Origin: Lama guanicoe
Lineage: Eukaryota
Assembly (NCBI GenBank): GCA_013239625.1
Contig: MU054323.1
Location: 3,088,161 to 3,152,160 of the forward strand
Length of the DNA: 64,000 nt
Direction: 5' to 3'
Both the position numbers and the translations under genes were made by a program. This document shows, piece after piece, positions 49,773 through 63,376 of this stretch. Position 1 is the stretch's first letter. Every line of letters starts with the position of its first letter. A model generated the notes under the pieces. It did no database searches, was not told where the DNA came from, and saw only the letters and a program-made list of their open reading frames with translations.

Positions 49773-51377
49773 TGCAGGGCTCTCCGAGTGACAGGCTCTG
49801 GCACGACTGGAGGCAGGTGACCCGCAGCCCCGGTTCCCAGAAGACCCACAGCTCCCTCGGCTTTTCCTGGGGGGCAGTGGGGGGAGAGTAAGGACTTGGG
49901 ATCTAGATAATCTAAAAAACGGATCACCACACACAGATTGTCTTGTTTCTGTGCAACCACAATCCCGTGACCCTCCATTACTCCCCAAACCATTCTTGTC
50001 ATATAATATAGGAACTATGCATAAACAATTCTGGGTTTTGATGGGTTTCCTAAAACTAAGAGAATTTCAGCCATAACACTGACATTTTGTTTCTGGAAAT
50101 TAAAGCCTGGGAACAGTGGAAATAATGTTCATGGATTTATGAATTGTATTTCCGCACATAGTTCAATTCCCAGCGCTTATGGGGAAACAGAAACGCGATC
50201 TGGTTTCTGATGGCGTTGCCGCTGAGGCCGGCAGGTCTGACTCTCCGCAGTTTTTCACTTCATCCCAGGAAGCCGGGCACTCCAAATAAGGGCTCTGCTA
50301 AAACCAGAGTGAACTAACATAACACTTCAGGAAACAAGACCACACCCAAGCAAGAGGGGCTGGCTAATTGCGCCTGAGACACGGGCGACCCTTGCAGCCC
50401 AGTGATGGAAGGAACGGGGCTCACACTGGGAGACGCTGGGAGAGGCGGCTGGGGCTTCAGCTGACCTCAGATGGCCAGGGGTGCACCTCGTTATGAACCA
50501 GGCTTGGCCACACTGCGCAAGGACTGGTCAGTGCGTGTGCCTGTCCCCTGACTGTGACCTTCTGCAGGCTGGGGACACAGACCTCCCCCGTGCCCAGCAA
50601 GCTGGAGGCTCAACCAATGTTTGCTGAGTGGCAACTGGAGGGAGGTTTTTAAATGACTTCAGGGAGGTTTCTGGTGTGGGGGAAGGGCTGAGAGAAACCA
50701 GGAAAGTTTAACGAACACGGTGGGATTGGGGTCTGGACATGACAGTAGGATTTCAGCAATGAGGGCGGGAGAACCTACAAGGCAGAGGGGAACCAAGGCA
50801 AAGCTAAGAGGCGGGGCAGCTGGGGTGCACAGAGGGAAGACCAGGAAGTTCACTGCGATGACTGACGACCCATGACGGACCGCACTGAAGATGAGAAGAG
50901 AATCAAGGATGCAGCAGTTAGGATAGAGATCCATAGTGATGTTCCTGTGCTGGAAAGGCTCTTGAAGGGCCTACACGTCCCACACCCTCTACTTCCCGGA
51001 TGCCCTGCAGGATTTCCTCAGCCAGGGTGGCCTCCGCACCCTTCCTCTAAGACAAACCCATGTGCCCCTCAAGGCCCTGCTCAAACTCCACCTCCTCCAG
51101 GAAGCTTTCCCCGAACTCTTCGACAGACAGTAATGCCCTTCTTCATCCTCTGCTTCTATTTCTACTGCACACAGTCTGTTCTGTCCCAGCCACCAGTTCA
51201 GGGCCATGACGAGGTGGAGTAAGCATTTCATGTATCACTGCAGTGGATCACGCTAGGAGAAGAGCCTCCTCCTACACCATGAGCTTCCCCTGCAGCATGG
51301 CTTAACATGGCCTGCTTAACCCAGGCCAGGCACACAGGACAGCGGGGAGGGACCCACCGATCCCAAGGGAGACTTAC

Positions 51378-51497
51378 CTGGGAGGAGGTGATCCAGCCAG
51401 CCCAGCCCCTGCCCACTTCTCCACCCACCAAGGACTCTGCTTGCCTTCCCAGCCCTCAGCCTAGGAACCAGGGCTTCTCACGCCTTCTTCAAGACTT
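51378..51497 (-). other. Candidate 120-nt non-coding exon
   Basis: Acceptor aatctctttctgcag|AAG and perfect donor CAG|gtaagt; stops in all three frames. Confidence 0.35.
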
Positions 51498-52483
51498 CTG
51501 CAGAAAGAGATTCCTGCACCCAGTTCAGGAGGCAGCCCCCCCGACAAACCCAGAGCCCACACCTCACCAGCCCTGCCTTCCTCCGCAGCGCCCCCACGTC
51601 GCCAGCCCTCCACAGCTGAAGACCATAGGTCATCATTCATTAAAGCCAGTCAGTGTGGCCTGTCTGGTGCCAAGATTTTCTGGGCATCATCACGTCCAGC
51701 CAGCCCGACTCCCATGAGGCCAACTAGGCCTGCAGGCCGGCACCATCCACCCCCAGGGACAACCCGTCTGGTCAGGGCGGCTGAAAACAGCCCTAGCCCC
51801 GCGAGCCATCCCGCTTTTACAAGGCCAGGCCGCACAGAGTTGCAGCGGGTGGGGAGAAGAGCCAGGAGAGCTGGAAGAGCTCTGGTCCTGGTCCCTCCGC
51901 TGAGGAGGGAGGGAGAAAACTGGCTCCTGCCTCTCCTGGCTGGGATGAGGGGTGGGCCTGCACTGAGGGCCCCCACCTGTGAAGAAGCCAGAACCCATCC
52001 TGGGCCTCCAGGTCCACAGCACAGACACATGCTCCAGGACTCTGCCCCTCATGGTAAGGAAAACACGTAACATGTTGCATGGATTACGGGGACAAACACT
52101 CACGTGACGAAACTATTCTTCACTCAACAAAGGGTCCTCTTCAGGAATCAACAAACCTACCAAACATATACATGTTCCTAGGAGAGCTACGTGAGGCCTT
52201 GCCCCAGGATCACTCCACTTAGGCGTTAGTTACTCACCCCTTAGTATGAATCTGCTGCCTTCTGGTAGAGTTCAGCTTCCTGAAAGAATGGATTCTGTGG
52301 AGGACTGATAGCGGGTGGGTCATCTGGGAGCAAGGGCCACAATAGGAGGCTGGGAAGCACGGAGGAGAGAAAGAGTCCTTGTTCAGCCAGAGAGCTGAGT
52401 GAGACAACAGAGGGGCTGGCTGATCAGCCACAGGCCTGGAAGGAAGAAACGAGAATGTGAAACAGCCTCTCAGACGCGGACAC

Positions 52484-52922
52484 TGTACTGCTCTGTTAGG
52501 GTGTCTGTGACAAAAGGACCACAACCTCGGGGGCTTAAATGACAGAAGTTCATTGCCTCCCGGTTCTGGAGGCCAGAAGTCCGAGATCACGGTGTGGGCA
52601 AGGTGGGTTCCTTCTGAGGGCTGTCGGGGAGAGTCTGTTATCTTCTGGTGGTTTGCTGGCCATCTTGGGCGTCGCTGGCATCTAGAAGCATCCCCCTGAC
52701 CCCCGCCCTCACCGTCACACGGCCCTCTCCCTGCACGCTGTGTCCACATGTCCCCTTTCATAAGGACACTGTCGCATGGATTAGGGCTCACCCTAGTCTA
52801 GCATGACTTCATCTTAAGTGATTAACCTGCAACAGCGTATCTGTAAATAAGGTCATATTCTGAGGTCCTGGGGATTGGGATTCAACACATGAACTTGGGA
52901 GGACACGATTCAACCTATCACA
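52484..52922 (-). mobile_element. MLT1B/C-like solo LTR
   Basis: TG...CA termini; GTTCTGGAGGCCAGAAGTCCGAGATCA, TAAGGACAC...GGATTAGGGCTCACCCTA, AAATAAGGTCATATTCTGAGGT; flanking 5-bp TSD GACAC/GGCAC. Confidence 0.92.
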
Positions 52923-54149
52923 GGCACCTCTTCTGGGACGGAACTGCAGTAGAGGGACCTCAGCCCTGACCAGCTGAGTGATACTGAACAAGGCACTCCC
53001 CGCCCAGACCCTCAGTCTGTGGCACGGGGAGGGCGGGTCCTTCCCACCTGCCCCCGAGCATGTTGAGAGGGTCCATGAGGACAGGCAGGCCTGCGTTCTG
53101 TGCGCACCAGGGCAGCGTCAAGGTCTCAGCAGCGCCTCGCCTGATTAGATCTTCAAGGCCCTTCCATTCCTCAAATAAGGTCATGGGTCTAGCTACATAC
53201 ACTCCCAAGCCCCAGGGGCTGAGACTGGGACACTGCACGTGCAAAAACACAGCCCGACACCAAGGGCGCTGGAAAGCAGGGTACGCTCAGGGACCACAGA
53301 AAAGCGTTCTGTGAACAATTCCAGTAGATGCCTGACGTTGTCTACAAACAGCTTGTGTTCTCAGGGAGCAACAGACTATCTCCGGACAAGTCAGACCCAC
53401 TGCCTTCAGAACAGAGGCAGACAAGGGGACACACCTCCCTGGCACCCATCACAGGTCCGCGCAGGTAAGCCGGCAACGACCCTTAGACGGCGGGAAGGAA
53501 GGCCCACTTGTGGAGCGAGAGTGACACCCAGTGGTCATTTGGGAAAATGGCACTCTCAGGCCCAGGAACTGGACAGGAGAGGGAAGCCGCCCCACATCAG
53601 GTTTACGTAAGTGGCGGTGTCAGATTTGCATCCCACATCCTCTGGACTCCAAGACAAGACACCAGGTCCTAGGAGGGACAGCAAGGCCTCCTTTACCCTT
53701 CGCAGGGCCATCTAACCAGCTGCACAGATGTTTAAAATAGCAAAACCATGTGCGAGAGTGGAGCAGCTGAGCCCTCCCATTCAGACCACTCACAACGGCT
53801 GTGGACAGTCAGCCTGACCCTCCAACGAGTTCTGTCCCCCTAGGGACACACGCGGCAGGGCTCCCAGGCGCCTTCCAGAAGGCCCGGAGCAGGGAGGAAC
53901 TCAGGTCCCAGGCACTTCACAGAAGGCCTGGCGCAGGGAGCAGAGGGAACTCAGCAGCGACCTGGGCTCCAGGCCTGTCTCTGCACTTGGACTGGGATAA
54001 GCCCGCACCCCTGCCTGGAGTCACAGGCCCCACCCCTGAAGTGGCGGGGAGGGGGGAGGGGCGGGCAACGGGGTTATAGACAACACCTCTGAGGCCATGC
54101 GCAGCTCAGATGCCCTCTGTTCACGATGACGTGAACGACTTACTTTCAA

Positions 54150-54365
54150 GCCTTGGCGTCAGGCAGCGCTGGGTTCAAATCCTGCCTCTGCCTTTAACCA
54201 GCTCTGTGGTCTTGGGCAATTCACTTAACTCCCATAAGCCCATTTCCTCTTATCTAAAATAGGCTTTTGAAAGAACTTACCTCGCAGGGTTCCCAAGAAG
54301 ATTCTATGATAACAGTGAATGGAAAGCATGGCACACTGTACCTTTCCCGGAACAGGTGCTCAGTT
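54150..54365 (+). mobile_element. MIR SINE
   Basis: CTGGGTTCAAATCCTGCCTCTGCC...TGTGGTCTTGGGCAATTCACTTAAC...TTTCCTCTTATCTAAAATAGG. Confidence 0.8.
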
Positions 54366-54754
54366 ACTTCTTAAAATAAGGGTTCTTATTTTAGCCTCAG
54401 CTCACTGCACGCGTGGAAGACAGCTTAGGATGGAATCAAGTAATGATGGGCGCTCAGAGAAGGCGTACACTTCCGCTGCGGGTTCACAGGGCCTCTCACC
54501 CACGGACCCAGCTCAAGCTGCCAGACGCCGCTCACTGACTGCCTCAGGGTCACGTCCACACTGACCCCGCCCAGCATTCCATCCGGGAACTTCCATCTGC
54601 TGGGGGTGGGGGGAAGGGCACTCCTGTTGTGCTGGGGGCTCCGACCCTGCGCATAGGCCCAGTCGCACCAAGTCATCATCAGCCCTCCAGCCTCAGAGCT
54701 CCTGCAGCTTGAAGGTCTCTCGACTCAGTGATGTTAAATAAGGGAAAACTGATG

Positions 54755-54950
54755 CGCCTCCCCCGCCGCAACACCCCCGGGGCCGGCCGCACGGAGCTGC
54801 AGGGCGGGCGGCAGGCGGCGCACACCTACCCCTCGGGGACGCCCCCTACCCCGCGCCCCGCGATCGCCCCCGCGCGGCCAGCCCCAACTTCGGCGCCTGG
54901 AGGGGGCGCTGCTGCTAACGCGCCTGCAGGCTCAGGTCCCCGCGCTCGCA
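54755..54950. promoter_or_regulatory. Small CpG island, candidate promoter/first exon
   Basis: Very high GC and CpG density, GGGCGGG box, minus-strand donor GGG|gtaggt at 54830. Confidence 0.65.
54893..54911 (+). promoter_or_regulatory. CTCF-binding motif
   Basis: GCGCCTGGAGGGGGCGCTG versus consensus TGGCCACCAGGGGGCGCTA. Confidence 0.55.
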
Positions 54951-57900
54951 GTTCCCCTGCCCCTTTCTCCTCCCCATCCGCCCGCTTCTCTGCCCAAGGC
55001 TGTCCTTGCTGTTCGGGTCCTTCTCCCCGTGGCTCTGGCCTGGGGGCGCCCAAACTATATCCTCTTGCTGCCCCCGGATCTATGAAGGACGATGGAGGAG
55101 TCCGCGAGGGGCTCCCAGAGGGGCAGCAGGGACGGGCCCGCCCTTTCTAACTGACCCTCCCCCAGATCTTCCCAAGGTTGGGGAGAGCAGCTGCCTCCCC
55201 AGGATTTTCTGGGTGAGGCTGCCCTGAGCTTTCCGAGCAAAAAGCCTTTTGCCTAGAACTTGCTGATGAGAGGGGAAGGGCTCTTGCAGGTTCTGATGGC
55301 CTCAACCTCCTGTCCCCCACCAGCCACGCTGACCAACCAGGTAAGGCTGGCCTGGCTGGGGGCAGTGGAGACAGTGAATTGAGAGGCCTCTCAGCACAGC
55401 CTGCCTGGCAGCGGGGCAATGCCTGCCCTTCCATCTGTGTCTCCTGCCCACCCGCCATGAGGAAGCCCTGGGTCTGCTCCCCTGGGATCAACCTTGAGCA
55501 TTCCCGCAAGTGATCCTGGTGCCAGGGACGCTGAGGGCGACCTGCTCCTCCAGGCTGGAAGGTGTCCTTACTTCCACTTCAGACCCTTCTGGGGGTGCTG
55601 CCTTCCGCTGGATGCCCAGCTGGCCTCCGGCTGTAATTCTGTACAGTCTGAAGATGTTTCAATAAACACTGTGCTGGGAACCTCTGTACTGTGCTGTAAC
55701 AGGGTCAACCAGGTGAGGTGGCTTCTGTGAGGACCCAGTCAACTGCCCTGAGAAACAAGAGCTGACATCCCAATCACAAACAATAGCCAAGGCAAACATC
55801 GCGTACCAGTGGGAAGGACCACCAGGCCCTGCCCTTGTGGCTGAGATGCTTGGGGAATCCAGCCTTCCCTCCTGGACTTTGCTCTGCCTCAACTTGGCAC
55901 AGACTCTTGTCCCAGCTGAGAGTCGGCTTGTGTTGTGAGAGCAGAGACTGCACACGGTTCCATCCTCACCCTGCCAGGTTGACTTGCAAAGCCTTAATGC
56001 ATAGAGCAGCTTTGCAGAGTGAACAGAAAAGCCAAATCCCACTTACTATGGCTGCAGCTTACACGGCTAAGGAAACAAGACCAGAGCTAGAACAACTTGC
56101 CTCATTCCTGGTTCATCCTCCTGCACCGCTTCTGCTGGACGATTGGTGGGAGGCCAGACTTTGCGCAGGTGAGGCTTGGGGTGGACTGAGGCTGTTCCAG
56201 GTGGGAGCCATCAGGGAGGGACCCTGGGGGGCATGGCGAAGCTGTTGTCCTAGCTACAGTGCAAGTTGGTGGGTGGCCAACTTGGAGCCCCTGCACAACC
56301 TGGATGCGGGGTTTGGGGTTTTGAGGATACAGGGAGCTGTCCTGAGTTCTTGAACAGAACAGGTGAGATGAGACATCAGAGCTCTAAATCCTGACCCTCC
56401 TTTATGCTTCTGCCTGCTCTGTTCTGTCCGACTGCTCATCCCCACACACCTCCACCTGTCTGTCTACTGACAAGGTTGGACCTCAGTCCCACCAAGTCAT
56501 GCAGGACTTGGCCAGGCCTCTCTGATAAGCTCTTTCCAAGTCTTCCCTGGGACTTGAGAACTTTCTTGCTCTTCTTATTGGCTGATAAGTGGTTTCCCCT
56601 CAGTGTGAACATCGAGGTGTCCCAGCTCATGAGCCCAGTGGAGAGACCATGGACAGCTATTCCACATTCTGTTCCTCTTTCATTCATTCCTCACCCCATG
56701 AATGTGAGCCAAATTCAGTATTGACATGGAACACAGTCTCTTAGTATTTAAGCCTTATCAGCCACAAACTAGATCCCTTCCTGTAAGCAAGATTTGATGA
56801 GGTTAGAAGGAAGAAAATCAAGTATTTTCCAGGATCACCAGGAACACAGGCATGGAGGTTGGTACGCTGTACATAGTTGCTACCGCCAGGTGGCACCCTG
56901 CTGTTCCGTGGTGCACAAAGATGGTTTCAAAGCCCCTGCCCCAGTCAGGCCCTCAGCCCTTCAGATGCCTCAGGAGAATCTTGTTCCCAACAAGAAAGGC
57001 AATTCCTATGAGGGATCTGTCGCCTTGGGCAGATTCCCTGCTCCGGAAGATGTAATGGATGTGGGTATTGGCTGGGCCAGGTCCTGGGAATGTGTGTAAA
57101 CCGCATAGCCCCTGCAGTGGAGAAGACACCTGACTGGGGGCGAGGAGGCCCCAGGAGATGCAGAGCCAGGGGAACCTCTCTGAGCCTCACTCCCCCTTGT
57201 GTGTACCTTCAACAGGTGCCAGGTATCCTTGAAAAGCAACCTGCCCATGGTATCTGAAAGCCAGGCCCCTGAGCAGTGGATGTGGGAGCGCTGGCTGGGG
57301 GCCCTCCTAGAGGCAGGACCCAGCATTATCCAGTAATCCTTGACCAGCCTGGTTTAATCTGCCCACCTCTTTCCTGTACAGTATATAGATGGCTGACTTC
57401 AGAAAACAGGTTCAAAACCCAGCTGTGAACCACGTCACAGCCTTCCCCCTCCCCTGTAGTCCATTGAGATCCTGGAGACAGGAGTGGCACTACCTTACCT
57501 TGCCCACCTGGGACGCCCCCTGCCTTCTTCAGTTTCCCCCAACTTGGGAGCCTCCCACTTAGGCTCCCAGCACGAGCTCCCCCACACAGGCTTCTCCTCC
57601 GCTCCATCCGGGGTGGTGAGGCCTGCTGAGCTGTTCTCAGCCATGTCAGTGACTGGCTTGTTTTCCAGTTGGGAGCTCTACATGGGACACCAGTGCCTGA
57701 TTCCACCAGGACCCCTTGGTGGAATCCTCCACACAGGTAAGCCTCCCCGTCTGCTACTGGCCGCAAAACTCTTTCCCCCAGGGGTGCTCTCTGAGGTGGG
57801 TCCTGAGAGTGGTCAAGCTGGGGGCTGAGAAGCATGAGGAGGAGTTGGGCAGGCACTGCCCAGGGGCCACCAGTCACAAAGGGATGTGTTGTCATATCGG

Positions 57901-60900
57901 ACCCAAGAAGTGGCCACAATCTGAAGGCTGCTTCTCAGCAGCGGGACGCAGGCTTGAGCCATCTCTCTCTGGGTGGTCTCATGGAGAGAGGGTCCCGGTC
58001 TCCAAGACAAGCTGGCAGCAGGGTTCATGAGGAATGGCCTGAACATTGGTGCCTGGCCTGCTATCCCTTAGACCTAGGAAGAAATGGCTTCCAGATCCCA
58101 GGCCCACAGGCAAGCAGAAAACTCTTAGCGGTCCGGGGCCCGTCTGGCATCAGTGGCCACATTTGCCTCTTGTGGTGAGGACTGCCAGGCCTAAGCTTCT
58201 GGTGAGGAAGTTGAACCCAGCTTGGAGGGTAGATGGGGGCGGGATCTTTCCCTCCAGAGAATATGAGCCCCCTTTGAGGTGACTCTGAAGAAGACGGACA
58301 CATTAAAGACTCTAGAAACCTTCTCACGCATGGAGGATGTGACTTCATTAGTGGGTGGACAGGCTTCTGTCTGCACCCATGGGGTCTCCTGCTGGGTGCT
58401 TCCAGGAGGTTCCTTGGCCTCCAACAGCCTTGTGTCCTGTTCAGCCCTTGTGTCCTACTCTTCGCACTGCCTCATTCCACCCTCCAGCCCTGCCTTAGGC
58501 CTCCTGCTGGCTCTACTCTAAAGCCATTGCATCTGCTTCTGACCCAAGTATCAAAGGCCTTGAGCATCTGTGGACACTTGGTGGAATCCCTTTCCAGACT
58601 TGCCAGTTCCTCTGTTCCTGGGGAAGACGAATGAGATGGTCACGGCTCCAGCTCACCCCATGTCACCTCCATATCTTCTTCATGGAAGTGATCCCGTCTC
58701 TTCCTGTGTGACTTCTCAGGCTTCAGAGCCCATTTCAATTACTGCATCCCCCACAAGCCTTTCTGCTTCCTCCTTCCCTCTCCCCCAACCCTCCTTCCTT
58801 TAAACTCTTGTAATCAGAGTCGTAACCACATTCGAGCTTGGACTGGTAATTTGTCCTTTATTATGTATCCTTATTTTCCCCTCTAAACGGATTTCCTTGA
58901 AGGCAGGGCCCCCGATCTTTGCTGCTGGGGGTATTCTGGCTTGGCATTCAACTCCTAAAATGTATGTGAAAATGAGTAAATTCTGATTTTGTCCACTCTC
59001 GTCCGAGGTTAAAGCTTTGCTGCAACCACCCAGGTGAAGAACCACCACCCACAGTGGGCAGGCCTGGGGACGGGCCAAGCAAGAAAGCTGTTCTGCCACC
59101 AGGAGATGGCTCGGAGGTGTCACAGGCCCAGGTTAGACGGCGGTGAGTAGTCAGGGGACAGAGGGAGGACTTGCCCTGAGTAGCACCCTCACTCAGCTGG
59201 GCCTAGGGGGGCTTCCAGGAAGAGCCCCGAGATGCAGACAAGGGGAGCGAACGGTAAGGGTATTTGGGGGGTTTCTGGGGGAAGGAGGGCAGAGAAGAAA
59301 ACCCCCATGAGAACATCAGCTGCTTCCCTCCCTGAGATGAGCCCCTCGCTGAGCTCTGCAGCGGGGAAATGGCCGCTGCGTCGGCCGTTGGGGGCGGTGC
59401 TCTCCGGGTGGGAGCTGATGAGCGCGCAGGCGCCACAGCAGGATTCCTCCCGGACAAGCGCTGGATGGCAGAGTCACCAGAATTTGATGGCAGCCCACAG
59501 TGGAACATCACTGCAGATGGCAAGGACCTCAGCTGGACACTAAGAGGGCAGAACCAGAACCCCAATCCTACCAGAGGTACTGGCCCAAGATTCTATAAGG
59601 ACACCTCATGTGCCAGAGCAAGACCCCTAAAGTCAGGGACCCAGTCTCCCAGGTGACCTTCGTGTCACCTGAGCTACCAGCCTTCTGTGCCGTTTCTCAG
59701 TTGGGATCTTCCCCTGACTTCCCAGCAGTTTCCTCCACCGCCGTGCAGGCTTCCTTGTGGGTAACTGTGGGCCAGGATGGGTGAAGGCAGATGCTGGTGA
59801 TGCAAGGTTTCTCCGGAGTGCCTCACACCTCGCTTGTCTCCACATCCCTCTGGCAGCTGCAGAAAAGAAACTAACCTGTTGGAGGGAGACTTTTACCCTA
59901 TTTCCCAGAGTGAAGGAGTCCTGTAGCCGCCATTGGTCAAGAGGCTGGTGGGGAAACATGTGGCCTCTGCCCCCGAAGAGGTGACCTCTCAGTGAACCAA
60001 AAAGGGCCAAACAGGGATCTAGGCTCCCGGTTACAGGGATGGTTGATGGACACTGAGCAAAGCCCCTGGGAGTCCCAGGCCCTGAGGACCTCATCAGTTT
60101 CTTGGAAGAGACTGGGCTCACACATACTGCTTGGTGACTTGGCATCAGCATCCAGAGGGCAAGTCCCACCAGTGGTAACTAGTAACTCAGATTAAGTGTG
60201 GTCGGAGGCAGCCTGGCATCAGCTGGACCTCTGCCTGATCCTCTGCTTAGCCAGCTATTAGCTGTGTGACCTGCACCAGTCATTTCCCATTTCCTACTTT
60301 CTCCTGCAGAATGAGGACCTGAACCTCCTTCAGGTCATTGAAGACTTTCAAAGTGGTCGTAAAGTATCTAATTCATAGACTTCCTATTAGGGAGTCTCCA
60401 CTGTCCTCCACTTCTGTTCTCTCGTGTCTACACTGCCTGACCCCAGTGCACCTACACTAGGACCCTAGAAGGCCCTGTCCAGGCCAGTGCCCTTTGGAGG
60501 AGAGAAGACGAGATGAGATGCCTCCTACTGTGCTGTCTGGTGATGACACTGAGAAGTGCTGCCCATGAACATCTTCAACTTTCCCCTCCATTGCTCCAAA
60601 GGAGCCTAATCTTCCGAGAGCTGCCTGAAGCCCTGACCAACCCGTGAACTCACCTTTCTGCAGAGCTCTCTGAACAGCACTGTGCATCCCACGGCAACCT
60701 CTCAGCTGGGCCCATTTTGTTCTCTCAGCCCAAGGAACTCTCCCTTGAAGAGGGCTTGCATGCAGATCTGGGTGAGTTCTAAGGACTCTGGCCAAAACCC
60801 CCTGGCTCTCACCCACCAAGCTTGTCTAGTGTCTGGCTATGCTAATTGCCAAGCATTTTATGAGACATTTAACAAGTCTGGTTATCCTTCTAGAAGAAGG

Positions 60901-63357
60901 AGGTCCTGGAAGAAAGTCCATGTGAGCCAAGAGAGCTTAGTCTTCCTGCCTCAGTGACAACTCAACCCCACATGCACCTTGAACTCGGGCCAGGAAAGTC
61001 TACTTTAACCATATGGCCTGGGTTCAGTGACTCTGGGGACTATGTGCCTGTTAGCCAGAAAGTCAAGATCTGAGAGGGAACTTCAGAACTCATGTCACCT
61101 GCCAACCCTAAGACCCTGCCTTCTTCCTCAGAGGGCAGCACCCAAAGGTTCTGGCCATAGTCCTGGCCAGCTGCTTTCTTGTCACAACAGTGGCCATTGT
61201 GCTGGCATTACCCAGGATGACCTGTAAGTCATTCTATGATGTTAGTGGATTTCACATGTAATAAACAGCTTTAACTAAGCACACATCAGCCCCGCTGTCC
61301 TGTCAGTAAGGTTCCCATTCAGGGATCTTCAGGGATCAGCCCCTTCCTTCAACAAGGGAGAATGCTGAGCGCTCTACTTTGGAGGCCCTCCAAGCTTGTT
61401 GCCTTAGAATTTGTTTTACAACATGAGATGAATGACCTCAGCACTATTGTCTGGTTTCCTGTCAGCAAAGAAGAAATGTTAGGGACAAGGGCAGTTGTCA
61501 CTAAAGTCCAAAGTCCAAAGTCCTTTAGAGGAGGAGAAAGCTGCTAGAAACGACGTTCTCCGGAAGCACTTTTCAACAGCTCCGGTTGTTTTGTCGCCAC
61601 TTTCTCACGTGTCTGCCTAACCTGCTAGGAGCAGTCGCGGTCTCGGTGGCAGAACCCGCGAAGCCCAGCTGCCCACTTCCCCACGTAATGTTTTCCAGTG
61701 ATGACGACTTGACCATCTTCACCCCCAGGGACCAACATGAACTCAGCTGTGGGAGTTCACAGAGCGCAGTCTGACCTTGGAGAAAATCTTTGGCGCAACT
61801 CTGTCTTCCTCCACGTGTGATCTAACGGCCTTAGATGCAGGCCTCTGGTCGCGGGCCCGGCCTGGCCAGTCCCGCAACAGTCTCTGAGGAGGGCGGTAAG
61901 AATGTCTCCTTGGGGCCCAACTACAGAGCTTGTCTCCTTTCCAGATTGTGCTGTAATGGACAGGGCTCTCAACTCAGCCTGTTCTCTCCTTCCTGGCCCA
62001 CGTAATGGTCTCAGGAGAGCAATGTTTCTCACTATAAAAATGGGTGGTCCCTCCTGTTAACCTAGCTGAACATCATGGGTTGGTTAGCCGTAAGGGCTGA
62101 GGTGGGCCGAGTGGAGTGTCGCTCTTGGCCTTGGTGGTAAAGAGCCCTGGCCGCAGAGTCCCTGCGGGGGCCGGACCCCAGCTGGACCACAAAGGCCTCA
62201 AGTTGCTGGCTTCTCCCCACCGAGGCCCCCAGTTCATTATCAGGCTTTTAGAAACACCAAGAGCACCAAAGAAAAGGAAGAACAGAGTTTAAGTGCAAGG
62301 ATTGGCTGACATCAAGGAGACCCTTGAAGGGCCCTACGCCACCAGGTTTTGCATGAGAGCACGGACTAAAACTTGAACTGTTTTGAAAAGCAAAAGGCCC
62401 TAAGTAGTGGGTGTAAACTGACGGGCCTAAGTGTTCAGAGAAGGGACAACAGCTCTGAGGAGAGTGAGAAAGGCTTCAGGAAGGAAGCAGCAATCCAGAG
62501 CCTTCTTGATGGGAAGGGGCTCTAAGCTTGAAGAGCAGTGGGGGTAACATGCCTGTGGTGCCCACAGTGGCTGTGAGACAGGGCTGTTCCAGTCGGACTA
62601 CTGGGAGGGAGAGGAAAGGCTTATCCCCCCCACTCCTGGTGCCCCTTCCGTGTGGGCAGTGACACCCAGCGGCTCTCCCCCCTCACCCATCCCTCCCTCT
62701 CTCCCTCCCTGACCTCAGGTAGACTGACTCCCCAGATTAGTGGATGAGGAACCAAGCTCTTCCCTTTCCTTCCTCTCCTGGGAGGAGCCTAAGTTCCCGA
62801 GTCTCTGTTTCTCTTCTTTCCTCCTGGCCATAAGTCTTCCGTGGGGAGAGGGGGCAGCAGCAGCAACCCCCATCCTCCCCATCACGTGGCAGTGCAGTGG
62901 GGAGTAGATAAACTGCTCTAATTCTAAGTCATCACTGTTGGAAAAGTGTTCCACTCTCTGTGAGTGACATCCTCCAACCCAGTACTTCTCCCAAAGAAGC
63001 CCAGCATTCCCTTCAAACGGGCCTGTCTGCACTGCCAGTTGGTCCAAACCCCAGTGCTGTTTGCTGGGCTCCTCAAGACTCCAGCAAGTCTGAGCTGGGG
63101 AGAGCCAGCAGGGAGAGGCGGCTCCCACACTCTCCCCTCCCCAAGCCTGCACCTCAGGCTCATTCTTGGATCCTATAAACTTATATCCCTAAAATAAAGT
63201 CCCTTTTGACTGAAGTTGATTCTGAATGAGTTTTTGATCCTCACACCTACATTCGTCCCAAGGTGAAAACAGCAGGGATTGGCTTCCCCAATGGCTGAGC
63301 CATTTGTCTTCCTGTTGTTTGTCCACCTCTGTCTGAGCTGATGTACAGCCAGGCAGA

Positions 63358-63376
63358 CAGCGCCTCCTGTTGGCCA
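63358..63376 (-). promoter_or_regulatory. CTCF-binding motif
   Basis: Minus strand TGGCCAACAGGAGGCGCTG, 16/19 identical to the consensus. Confidence 0.65.

Noticed and set aside
49513..49891. His/Thr-rich ORFs
   Set aside because: Translation of the (CA)n tract
54728..55150. Pro/Ala/Gly-rich ORFs on both strands
   Set aside because: Explained by CpG-island base composition; no homology recognised
59369..59656. ATG-initiated 95-aa plus-strand ORF in a CpG patch
   Set aside because: No recognisable family or supporting exon structure
61318..61523. Micro tandem repeats (TTCAGGGATC x2; AAAGTCC x3)
   Set aside because: Ordinary slippage duplications
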